Of a stretch of 49,004 bases of DNA, positions 33,668 through 42,705 are shown one piece after another. Under the pieces are notes generated by a model that was given only the letters and a program-made list of their open reading frames with translations, did not search any database and was not told where the DNA came from. This DNA comes from Planctomycetes bacterium GWA2_39_15 (GTDB lineage: Bacteria > Planctomycetota > Brocadiia > Brocadiales > Brocadiaceae): the NCBI GenBank assembly GCA_001824485.1, contig MHXP01000208.1:1-49004 (forward strand). Direction: 5' to 3'. Positions within the stretch are counted from its first letter, which is position 1, and each line of letters starts with the position of its first letter. Both the position numbers and the translations under genes were made by a program.

Positions 33668-35524
33668 TTATTTTCTCATACTATAATTTCCACTAAAGTT
33701 AATAACTTTATTCCCACCCCACTTTTCAGCATATTTAATATTGGCTTTATTTATTACTTCACCCCAGCTTAATCCATCATCAAATCCTTTTAAACACCAT
33801 TTGAAGTATTCACCCATTCTCTTGCCTCCGTCCCCATCCCTAAATGGATCAAGCAAATCCAAAAAAGGTCCCCAATCGCCAATGTCGAGATTTGAATCAG
33901 GGTTTATTTTAAAAGACTTAATTGCTGCAATCATCTTCTCTAGATCATTAAATATAAACCGTTCATAACCCCATTTGTAAAATACATGATTCCTATGATA
34001 TGTCATATCATAATGTATACCTCTACATCCAGCAATAACCGCTTCTACAACTGCCGAAGAAATACCACAACCTACAGCTATATCAGCACCAAAAGAAGCG
34101 TCTGATGGGAAACGTCCAAGCTCGTTTTCCAATTTTATACACCGCCCACTTTCTATTGCCTCGATAAATAAAGGATGAATTGTTGTAAGATTATTAATAA
34201 CAAAAGGTTTTTTCGATTTAATAATCAAACCAATTGTCGAATCATCAAGCATCAATTGCAAAAATGATTGATAAAATTTAGCCATGCTATTCATTGAGAA
34301 TTGCAAATCAGGCCCACACATGCTATCAAATAATGCTATTATAAACTTGACTCCTTTTGACCTTAGTTTCTGACAATAATTTTCATACTTCTGGTAAATA
34401 TTATTTGTAAAACCTGAAACAATACATATTGCCTCTCGGCCATAATTATGTTTGAAATAATTTTCCCCTCTTTCATTCCAAATGAACAATACATGCTTTG
34501 GATTTGGATTAACACCTATAAAAGAAGTCGGTTGATAAAGAAACTCTGATCTTTGTTTACCAGCAAGAAATCCAGACATTCCATTTTTTATATCAAAAGC
34601 AATCGCTTGCGCTATATTTTTTGCCATACCTTCTTCTGGCGTATAGTTAATCTTAATATTAAAATCATCGTAAAAAGAGCACCAAAAATGAACTTGTTTT
34701 ATCAAATCATTAGCAACCTTGATGATCCAGGCTTCTATCTTATTTTGTACTACACCTTTCTCAAATAACATATTCTTTAATATTCTAGATGGTTGCCAAT
34801 AGTTTTTCTCATTTCCTTCGATAATTCCCTTTTCTAAAGAAACCCAATTAAATCTTTGGCATTCAATTTTTTGAATAATTTTTCTTCCAATAGATTTGCC
34901 CCTAGAGGAGTTGATATCGAAATAAATTAAAATCCGTTCTGGTTCTACGCCACTTTCAAAATACCAATTCAGATCATTCCTTCGCGAAGGATCGATTCCT
35001 TCACTATAATGACAGGCAATAGTTCCACATTGGTTAACGTGAAAAGGAAGATAATTATTCTTTCTAAATTTAATAGAACTTTCACGAACTTTGTCGGAAT
35101 AGCTTTTCACGTTATCTTTTATTAGTTTTTTTAGTAAACTTCCGCTTGTGAAACCCAAGAATATTTGGTTTACCAATAAAATTGGAATATCCTCAAAATT
35201 CCAACATTCTTTAAGTAACATAAAAATACCTAACTTCGGCGCCTTAACTACACCTTCTTGAAGAGAAATTTCTTTACCATTGCGTTTGTACCATTTAATT
35301 ACACATGCTTGTCGCACAAATGGATAGATTTCTTGTTTCACAATATACTGAAAGTACATAAGAACACGCCGGCTCGGTAATATTTTAACTAATTGTTTAA
35401 AAATGTCGGTTGACTCAATACTATATGAAATATGAATAGCTAATTCCGAAGCTTTTTCTTCTACCTCATACTTCAAAACGTCACCATGAATTCCCCTCAT
35501 TTCACCAAGCTGGTATTCTAACAT
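33668..35524 (-). CDS. 618-aa orphan; putative GT-B-type transferase, third member of the orphan family
   Basis: C-terminal LIIKSKKPF ..(about 45 aa).. VGCGISSAVVEAVIAGCRGIHYD has the same layout as the KPHP..SxxxxEA..P blocks of 1292..3154 and 7168..9126. I recognise nothing in the N-terminal 400 aa. Confidence 0.5.
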   Translation of the reverse strand: MLEYQLGEMRGIHGDVLKYEVEEKASELAIHISYSIESTDIFKQLVKILPSRRVLMYFQYIVKQEIYPFVRQACVIKWYKRNGKEISLQEGVVKAPKLGIFMLLKECWNFEDIPILLVNQIFLGFTSGSLLKKLIKDNVKSYSDKVRESSIKFRKNNYLPFHVNQCGTIACHYSEGIDPSRRNDLNWYFESGVEPERILIYFDINSSRGKSIGRKIIQKIECQRFNWVSLEKGIIEGNEKNYWQPSRILKNMLFEKGVVQNKIEAWIIKVANDLIKQVHFWCSFYDDFNIKINYTPEEGMAKNIAQAIAFDIKNGMSGFLAGKQRSEFLYQPTSFIGVNPNPKHVLFIWNERGENYFKHNYGREAICIVSGFTNNIYQKYENYCQKLRSKGVKFIIALFDSMCGPDLQFSMNSMAKFYQSFLQLMLDDSTIGLIIKSKKPFVINNLTTIHPLFIEAIESGRCIKLENELGRFPSDASFGADIAVGCGISSAVVEAVIAGCRGIHYDMTYHRNHVFYKWGYERFIFNDLEKMIAAIKSFKINPDSNLDIGDWGPFLDLLDPFRDGDGGKRMGEYFKWCLKGFDDGLSWGEVINKANIKYAEKWGGNKVINFSGNYSMRK

Positions 35525-35555
35525 AATCCTTTACATCATATACAAAGTACACATT

Positions 35556-36944
35556 TCAGGTTTGACGAAATCCTCTAAAACTCGTATTCCTTTCTGAATA
35601 GAGTTTTTTTGATTGTTCAAGGTAATTTAATAATTTTTTATTAAAATAATTTGTAAACAATTTTTTGTTTGCTTCAAAAAGACACTGATGAAATTCATCA
35701 TCATCCATATCTGTAAAATTAATCGCCAATAAATCCGAATTGGTATGCTTATTTTCATAAAAATCAGCACAGTCTCTAAGAAGTCTTTTTCCAATAGCAT
35801 AATAATAAAGCGGTGAACCTGGATAAGGGGTTACAGGCCGGATAGTCCGCATTTGAGCACCATCATCATATTTCAATAAAAAATCTACACCCTTCTTTAT
35901 AGTTTCTTTATTATCACCTATATTGCCAAATATAATATTAAAGCCAGGGCTTATTCCAGCATTTAAAGTAGCTTCTATACCATTAATAATTTGTTCTGTT
36001 GTTAAGCCCTTTTTCATATTTTTCAGTACCTGATCATCCATGGCTTCAATTCCATAATTGATAAACACACAACCTGCCTTTCGCATTAGCTTTAAGACTT
36101 CTGGCTTGGCATAATTTAATCTACCATTACAGTCCCATTTTATATTTAATTCTGCCTTGACAAAATCTTCACATAAACTTATAGTCCTTGAAATTGATGA
36201 CATTAGTAATTCATCAGAAAACGCTATATAAGTAATACCATAATTCCATTTTAAAAATTTTATTTCTTCGATAATACTTCCATTACTACGAGGTCTAAAA
36301 CCTTCATCCATGCGATAGCAAAAACTACATTCAAAAGTACATCCTCTACCAGATAAAACAGGCATTATAAAATCACTATTTACTGCATGTGGCATACGTA
36401 AAAGTCTATAATATTCTATAGGAAATAATTCATAAGCGGGAAAAGGAATGGAATCTACATCTTTTACTAGGTTTCGTCGCTCATTTATAATAATCTTATC
36501 TTCTTCACGAAAAGCTATTCCTTTTACAGAAGTTAAAGCTTTATTATTGCCAACAGCCTTCATTAATTCAATAATTGTTTCTTCTCCTTCTCCAATAACA
36601 ACCGCATCAGCTTGAGTTTTCCTAAGAAAAAACGCAGGTTCAGGAGAAGGACCATGCCCGCCAATTATATAAAAAGGCCTTTGCTTAGATTTATTTATTG
36701 CATCAGAAATTTTTAACAACTTTCTGTACTGATAATATCCTGCTATAACACTTATCCCGACAACATCAAACTTATTTTTGTTTAAATACTCTGTTAAATG
36801 CTCATCAGGATAATGATTCATATCTTGGCTATAAACCTCTATTTCATATCCATTCTTCTGTAGCACAGAGGCAACATATGCTAATCCTTGGGGAAACCAA
36901 TGTACATACGATTCATTATCATATACAACCAGTAAGATTCTCAT
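35556..36944 (-). CDS. B12-binding-domain (class B) radical SAM enzyme
   Basis: VIGEGEETIIEL. SGRGCTFECSFCYR. 462 aa. Most similar in length and layout to 32059..33459. Confidence 0.85.
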   Translation of the reverse strand: MRILLVVYDNESYVHWFPQGLAYVASVLQKNGYEIEVYSQDMNHYPDEHLTEYLNKNKFDVVGISVIAGYYQYRKLLKISDAINKSKQRPFYIIGGHGPSPEPAFFLRKTQADAVVIGEGEETIIELMKAVGNNKALTSVKGIAFREEDKIIINERRNLVKDVDSIPFPAYELFPIEYYRLLRMPHAVNSDFIMPVLSGRGCTFECSFCYRMDEGFRPRSNGSIIEEIKFLKWNYGITYIAFSDELLMSSISRTISLCEDFVKAELNIKWDCNGRLNYAKPEVLKLMRKAGCVFINYGIEAMDDQVLKNMKKGLTTEQIINGIEATLNAGISPGFNIIFGNIGDNKETIKKGVDFLLKYDDGAQMRTIRPVTPYPGSPLYYYAIGKRLLRDCADFYENKHTNSDLLAINFTDMDDDEFHQCLFEANKKLFTNYFNKKLLNYLEQSKKLYSERNTSFRGFRQT

Positions 36945-37167
36945 TTTATCCCACTATTTTAATATGACAATACGACAGCAAAGTCACACAATTTTATAAA
37001 AAATTATTTTTAAATGAAGTACTTTAGCGAGAATAACACCGTTAACTTAGAAATTGTTGAACTTTAAAAGGACTGATAATTAAATTCTATTCTGGTAAGT
37101 TGCAAAAACACCGGGGGAAAAATATAAATTTGTTTTTGTTGTTTTTATCTAAAGGCAAAAAAATTTA

Positions 37168-39003
37168 TTATTTCTCTGTCCTTTTTGATACAAGGGTATT
37201 ACTATTGATGTATAAATGACCTAGGCCTGATGACCCAAATGTTCTTAATGCATCTGAGATATCGTTGACTATTGGCTCACCATGAAGATTAAAACTTGTA
37301 TTGAGAAGCGCAGGAATTCCTGTCAATTTATAAAATTCCTCTATAAAATTATAAAATTCAGGTGTATGTTCTTTTGATACATATTGCGGACGGACAGTTT
37401 TATCGTAAGGGTGTGTCCCAGCATATATATTATAATATGAATCAGGCAGAGTATTAAAGGCCAGGCTCATAAAAGGAGCTTTTAATTTTTTGGGGTTATA
37501 AATATATTTATCTGCACAATCTTCAAGAATAGATAGAGCAAATGGCATCCAGAAATCCCTGTTTTTAATGGCTTCATTAATTTTCATTACAATATCTCTT
37601 TTGCTGGGGTCAGCTAGTATACTACGGTTACCCAAAGCTCTTGCTCCGAATTCTGCACGACCATCTATTTTAGCTATTATATTCCCATTTGCAATTAAAC
37701 TTGCCACAGCAGAATACGTCACTCCATGCCTAACAATATAATCCCTACATATTGGTTCCCAATCAATTTTGTTAATCTCATCCTTAATATCACAACCAAG
37801 ATAAAGATTCTTTAAATATTTATTATTCTTGTTCTTTCGGTTTAAATAATAACAACCTCCTATACTTGTTGATTCATCAGATCCAGAGCCGCATACAAAA
37901 AGCGAAGAGACACAATTTAGTTCTGATACTGCTTTATTCATTTTAACATTCATGGAAATTCCACCACTGATTACAAAACATTTAATACCAGTTTCCATAT
38001 AGATATTCTCAATTAGTTCTTTTGCTAACTTCTCTGTATATTTTTGAATTGCACCAGCAATACTATCAAAACGGTATTCAGCCCATTTATCCCTTAAATA
38101 GGTAAATAAATCGACTGGTCTATTATTATGGACAATCTTCATTCCATCTACCATCAAAATGTCTTTAATGACTTCCATAGCTCTATCAACATTAAGCGCT
38201 TTTGCATATGGAGCAAGTCCCATTACCTTATACTCGTGTTCATCAGGACGCATTCCCAAAATTAAAGTAGCCATCTTATACAATCGTCCTATATCACTCT
38301 GATCAGATTCTACAATCATAGTCAGCTCATCGTTTGAAGCTTTCCATACTGTCTGATTACGGCCATCACCCCAACTATCAAGAGTCACAACAATACAGTC
38401 TTCTTTACGAAAAGGACTACCAAAATAACCATAATAAGCATGGCACGCATGATGATCAACAAATTCAATCTTATCTGGAGAAATGTTTAAATGTGTAGCA
38501 AGTGTTCTTTTCCGTTCCTGACGAAACAATTCTTCATCCAATTTGTTATCACTTAAAACTTGATCATTTAAATAAGAAAAATCAAAGTACTGCTCATCAA
38601 TATTAAACTTTTCAGAATCCCGTAACCACCTCAAATAATCAAGACAATCTTCTCCCTTTAATTTGCGGCCATAATATCTCTCACCATAGTAACCTAGATA
38701 ATCTCTAATCGAAAATTGCGTAAAATGTTTTGATTTAATGGGAATACTCGAAAAATTTATCGTTGTATATGCAACATGCGCCAGGTCGCTACCTTTAACA
38801 TTTCCTTTATTTAAACAATAATCAATGGCTCTTCTCGGATAACCAGTATAATTTTTTTTACCACAAAATCTTTCCTCTTGAACTGCTATGATTATTTCTC
38901 CATCCATCATAAGTGCAGAGGAGGCATTATGACCACAATGAACAGCAAGAATATAGGTATGTTTACTAGGCATATTTTTACTTTTAATCACCATGCAGAC
39001 CAA
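37168..39003 (-). CDS. NodU/CmcH-family carbamoyltransferase
   Basis: ILAVHCGHNASSALMMDGEIIIAVQEERF at the N-terminus and LNTSFNLHGEPIV near the C-terminus. About 600 aa. The ATG at 38973 (MPSKHTY..) is a likely start and avoids the overlap. Confidence 0.85.
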   Translation of the reverse strand: MVCMVIKSKNMPSKHTYILAVHCGHNASSALMMDGEIIIAVQEERFCGKKNYTGYPRRAIDYCLNKGNVKGSDLAHVAYTTINFSSIPIKSKHFTQFSIRDYLGYYGERYYGRKLKGEDCLDYLRWLRDSEKFNIDEQYFDFSYLNDQVLSDNKLDEELFRQERKRTLATHLNISPDKIEFVDHHACHAYYGYFGSPFRKEDCIVVTLDSWGDGRNQTVWKASNDELTMIVESDQSDIGRLYKMATLILGMRPDEHEYKVMGLAPYAKALNVDRAMEVIKDILMVDGMKIVHNNRPVDLFTYLRDKWAEYRFDSIAGAIQKYTEKLAKELIENIYMETGIKCFVISGGISMNVKMNKAVSELNCVSSLFVCGSGSDESTSIGGCYYLNRKNKNNKYLKNLYLGCDIKDEINKIDWEPICRDYIVRHGVTYSAVASLIANGNIIAKIDGRAEFGARALGNRSILADPSKRDIVMKINEAIKNRDFWMPFALSILEDCADKYIYNPKKLKAPFMSLAFNTLPDSYYNIYAGTHPYDKTVRPQYVSKEHTPEFYNFIEEFYKLTGIPALLNTSFNLHGEPIVNDISDALRTFGSSGLGHLYINSNTLVSKRTEK

Positions 39004-39776
39004 CCACCATCAACCATAATCGCCTGTCCAGTAATATAAGATGCGGCGTCTGAACAAAGGAATAAAACAGGTCCTGCTATATCCTCTGGACTTGCCATCC
39101 TGCCCATAGGGGTTAGTTTTACATATTTTTCAATAAATTTTGGATCCTGATTGTTAAAAATACCGCCTGGGCAAATCGCATTTACCCGAATATTGTATTG
39201 GGCATAATACGTAGCGAGATATTTTGAAAAATTAACTATCCCACCTTTAATAAGAGAATAAGCGGCAGGCATTGTCATTTGTGTACCTTCGTAAACTGAA
39301 AAATTAGGACCCAGGACACCATAGTGAGAACCAATGTTTAACAGGACTCCTGTTCCCCTTTTTTTCATTTCATTCAAGACTTTTTGACAGCATATAAAAT
39401 ACCCATTCATGTGCATATCAACGTTCCTTCTCAGGGAATCAGAAGAAATATCCTCAAATTTATTGCCCCAATCGGACGTCCTTGGGTATGCATTATTAAT
39501 CCATATATCAATCTTTTTGTCCTTGTTTATCACCTCAAAAATGGCGGACTCGATTAAACTTTCATTTGTAATATCCATTTTGACGAAATCAGCATTTAAA
39601 CCGTTGTTTTTCATTTCAGTGCATAATTTCTTCCCACGTTCATCGTCAACTTCTGCAATATAAACCTTGGCACCGGCTTCAGCTAAGGCAAGGCACAAAC
39701 TCTTCCCAATTAACCCGGCGCCTCCTGTAACAACTGCTACCTTATTAATAATCTGAAATCTTTCTGGGAATATCAT
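38988..39776 (-). CDS. classical short-chain dehydrogenase/reductase
   Basis: VAVVTGGAGLIGKSL (TGxxxGxG), NNAY (NNAG-like), YSLIK (YxxxK). 262 aa. Confidence 0.85.
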   Translation of the reverse strand: MIFPERFQIINKVAVVTGGAGLIGKSLCLALAEAGAKVYIAEVDDERGKKLCTEMKNNGLNADFVKMDITNESLIESAIFEVINKDKKIDIWINNAYPRTSDWGNKFEDISSDSLRRNVDMHMNGYFICCQKVLNEMKKRGTGVLLNIGSHYGVLGPNFSVYEGTQMTMPAAYSLIKGGIVNFSKYLATYYAQYNIRVNAICPGGIFNNQDPKFIEKYVKLTPMGRMASPEDIAGPVLFLCSDAASYITGQAIMVDGGWSAW

Positions 39777-40471
39777 TTCTTTTCTTTCATAAAATATTCA
39801 ACTAACTTAAAATCCACCTCGCTGTCAATATCAATTGATCTTTCTTCCGGCATCGCAACGAGTTTAACCTTACCTGCGACAACATCAGTTTGATTAAATA
39901 AAACATCTGTCTTCCAAATATAAACTGATGCGTTCATCGCATAAACTACTGGCGCATCCTGCCTTCTTACAATTTGTTTTTCTGGTTTTTTACTTAAACA
40001 AGCAAAACCATCAGAATTTATTTCTACCATATTAAAATAAGGGTTTTTATTTGACTTGTAACCTGTTATAACCAAATCACAATTACAATCGTTCATAATC
40101 AAATTCAGGCATTTTTCTATATCTTCAGATGTTCTCAAGGGTGACGTTGGATCTAAATCAATCACATAGTTGGGATTAAAATTCAGGTTTTCAACATAAT
40201 ATTTAATTGCATGCTTTATAACGGGTAATTTAGATGCTTCATCTGTAGCTAAAAACTGGGGTCTCATAAATGGGACTTCAGCGCCGTATTGTTTTGCTAC
40301 ATTTGCTATCTTTTCGGAGTCGGTTGAAACAACAACACGGTTAATAAGTCTGTTACTTAAAGCCTGTTCTATTGTATAAGCGATTAGTGGTTTGCCTAAT
40401 AAGTTCTTTATATTTTTACCTGGCACACCTTTCGAACCACCCCTTGCACATATAGTACATAACACACTCAT
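39773..40471 (-). CDS. CMP-nonulosonic-acid synthetase-type cytidylyltransferase (NeuA/LegF/PseF family)
   Basis: CTICARGGSKGVPGKNIKNLLGKPLIAYT is the canonical loop. 232 aa. Confidence 0.85.
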   Translation of the reverse strand: MSVLCTICARGGSKGVPGKNIKNLLGKPLIAYTIEQALSNRLINRVVVSTDSEKIANVAKQYGAEVPFMRPQFLATDEASKLPVIKHAIKYYVENLNFNPNYVIDLDPTSPLRTSEDIEKCLNLIMNDCNCDLVITGYKSNKNPYFNMVEINSDGFACLSKKPEKQIVRRQDAPVVYAMNASVYIWKTDVLFNQTDVVAGKVKLVAMPEERSIDIDSEVDFKLVEYFMKEKK

Positions 40472-40472
40472 T

Positions 40473-41456
40473 TTATAAGTTCTTTTTTATCTCCAGACAC
40501 GTTTTTAAAATATAAATTGCATCTTCCAAATCACATCTGGGTTTTTCTTCACCGGAAATACATTTAATAAAATGCTTCATCGCATCAATATACATCTGGT
40601 TATTATCATAATTAGTTAGATCCAGGAGCATCTTATACTTTTGTTGTTCAAAATCATAAAATTGTAAATATCTATCACCGAAACAATAATCTATTGATCC
40701 TTTTGAACCCTGTATTTGTATTGTTCTCTTAGATGGTCTTTGCAAATAATCCAAGTGTATTTCAAGTAGCTGACCAGACTCCATCTCAGCTATAATCGAA
40801 GCAACATCTTCCACATCAATTTCTAAATTGCTTATTTTCTTTACATAAGACTTAATGTTTTTATACTTACCAAACAACCAATATGCATAGTCAATTTCAT
40901 GTTGGAGAGTTAATACTACCCCACCGCCCAATTCACTCCTTGCGCTATAGCCCCTCCTGTAATCCTCCCATGGATGCCAATCTGGAAGATATTGTCCAAC
41001 TTGGATCCTGGCAAAATATATGGTTCCAAATTCATTGTTCTTAATGAGGCTCTTGATACAAAGTAGAACGGGATGGAATCTAAAATTGTTTGCCAGAAGA
41101 AAAACCAGACCTTTCCGGAACAAGTTCATCTTTAATTCTTCTAACCCATTTAAATTATGCGATAACGGTTTTTCCATAAAGATATGGCAGTTTATATTTG
41201 CGGCTATCATTGCAAATTCAATGTGCTTAGAAGTTGGGTTTGCAATAACAAAGGCATCCGGCTTTTTCCCCTTAATTCTTTCCAAACTATGAAAAGTTTC
41301 TATTCCGTATTTTTGCTTAAATTCTGCGTCTTTATTATCGTCAGAAAATTCAGAGAAAGCAATTATATCACTATAAGAAAGGAATTTAAGGTTTTTTAAG
41401 TGTCTGGTTCCAATTGACCCACGACCGACTAAGCAGAACTGTAAATTATTTTTCAT
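40473..41456 (-). CDS. Gfo/Idh/MocA-family oxidoreductase
   Basis: FCLVGRGSIGTRHL Rossmann start and the FMEKPLS (EKP) motif. 327 aa. Confidence 0.8.
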   Translation of the reverse strand: MKNNLQFCLVGRGSIGTRHLKNLKFLSYSDIIAFSEFSDDNKDAEFKQKYGIETFHSLERIKGKKPDAFVIANPTSKHIEFAMIAANINCHIFMEKPLSHNLNGLEELKMNLFRKGLVFLLANNFRFHPVLLCIKSLIKNNEFGTIYFARIQVGQYLPDWHPWEDYRRGYSARSELGGGVVLTLQHEIDYAYWLFGKYKNIKSYVKKISNLEIDVEDVASIIAEMESGQLLEIHLDYLQRPSKRTIQIQGSKGSIDYCFGDRYLQFYDFEQQKYKMLLDLTNYDNNQMYIDAMKHFIKCISGEEKPRCDLEDAIYILKTCLEIKKNL

Positions 41457-41553
41457 TACGCTGATAACTAATAATTTTATGCTGCTTTTCTCTCTGCAAT
41501 TTTTTATCTATATTTTTCCCTGTTTATTTTGTTTTTTAATAAAATCGAGATTT

Positions 41554-42669
41554 TTACTTTTCGATTTCTTTAAAAATAGCTCTACATACTTGCTCAATCA
41601 TATCATCCGTCATAGAAGGGAAGATTGGTAAATTCAATATCTTTGAGGTTACTTCTTCTGCAATTGGACATTCCATCTTTCGATATTTTAACTTTCCAGA
41701 AGCAAAAACCTCTTGTTTATACAGCGGCATGGGATAGGCAATACGTGTATCAATACCGTATTTTTCACGAAGTACATAGGAGACTCTATCTCTATCTTCA
41801 ACAAGAATGGGATAAAAAAAATATGCATTTTTACAATCGACTCTTTCCTTAGGAAAAAATATTTTATCTTTACTTTGAGAAAACAATTTATTATATTTTT
41901 CTCCCACCCTTCTTCGCTGTTTTATAAAAACAGGTAATTTCTTAAATTGAGCTAAGCCAATACCCGCCGTTAAATCGGTCATTCGAGCATTAGTTCCAAG
42001 CGTTATATGTATATACTTCCCGCCTTTTGATTCTCCTTGATTTCTTCTTGACAAAATATCTTCTTTAAGAGACTCGTTGTGAGTAAAAATCATGCCACCT
42101 TCGATAGTCGTCATTACTTTGGCCGCATGGAAGCTCATAGTCGAGGTTTCTGTTTGTGCCCCCATCGGCCTACCTTTATAAAAAGCCCCTAATGATTGGG
42201 CTCCATCTTGTAAGACTTTAATGTTATATTTTTGCCCAACTTTGGCTATAGCATCATAATTTGATGGATTTCCACCATAATCTATGAAAATAATTGCTTT
42301 TGTCTTCTCCGTAATAGCTTCTGGAATGCGGTCTGGGTCCAAATTGAAAGTTTCTTTCTCAATGTCAACAAAGACTGGAACTGCATTTTGATAACTTACT
42401 GATGATGCTGTTGCAAAATAGGTCATTGCAGGAACAATTACCTCATCGCCGGGTTCTACACCTATTGCCTTCAGTACCAAATCTAAAGCAACTGTCCCAT
42501 TTGAAATGGCAATAGCATATGGAACTTCTAAAAAAATAGAAACTTCATGTTCTAATTTGTTCACTTTAGGCCCCATTGTAAGCCAATTTGACTTAAAAGA
42601 ATCAATTACTTCATTTAACTCTTCTTCGCCTAATTCTGGTTTAGCCCAAGGAATTTTAATTTTTTTCAT
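41554..42669 (-). CDS. DegT/DnrJ/EryC1-family PLP sugar aminotransferase
   Basis: ISNGTVALDL and MSFHAAKVMTTIEGG with the PLP lysine present. 371 aa. Confidence 0.85.
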   Translation of the reverse strand: MKKIKIPWAKPELGEEELNEVIDSFKSNWLTMGPKVNKLEHEVSIFLEVPYAIAISNGTVALDLVLKAIGVEPGDEVIVPAMTYFATASSVSYQNAVPVFVDIEKETFNLDPDRIPEAITEKTKAIIFIDYGGNPSNYDAIAKVGQKYNIKVLQDGAQSLGAFYKGRPMGAQTETSTMSFHAAKVMTTIEGGMIFTHNESLKEDILSRRNQGESKGGKYIHITLGTNARMTDLTAGIGLAQFKKLPVFIKQRRRVGEKYNKLFSQSKDKIFFPKERVDCKNAYFFYPILVEDRDRVSYVLREKYGIDTRIAYPMPLYKQEVFASGKLKYRKMECPIAEEVTSKILNLPIFPSMTDDMIEQVCRAIFKEIEK

Positions 42670-42705
42670 TTTTTAATGATTACCTTTTACCCTTAAATTA
42701 TTTAA

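Noticed and set aside
36945-37167. A cobalamin riboswitch in the 223-bp gap upstream of a B12-dependent rSAM gene.
   Set aside because: I could not find a B12-box-like core or the GC-rich paired regions expected. The region is mostly A/T runs. A covariance-model scan would be needed to exclude it fully.
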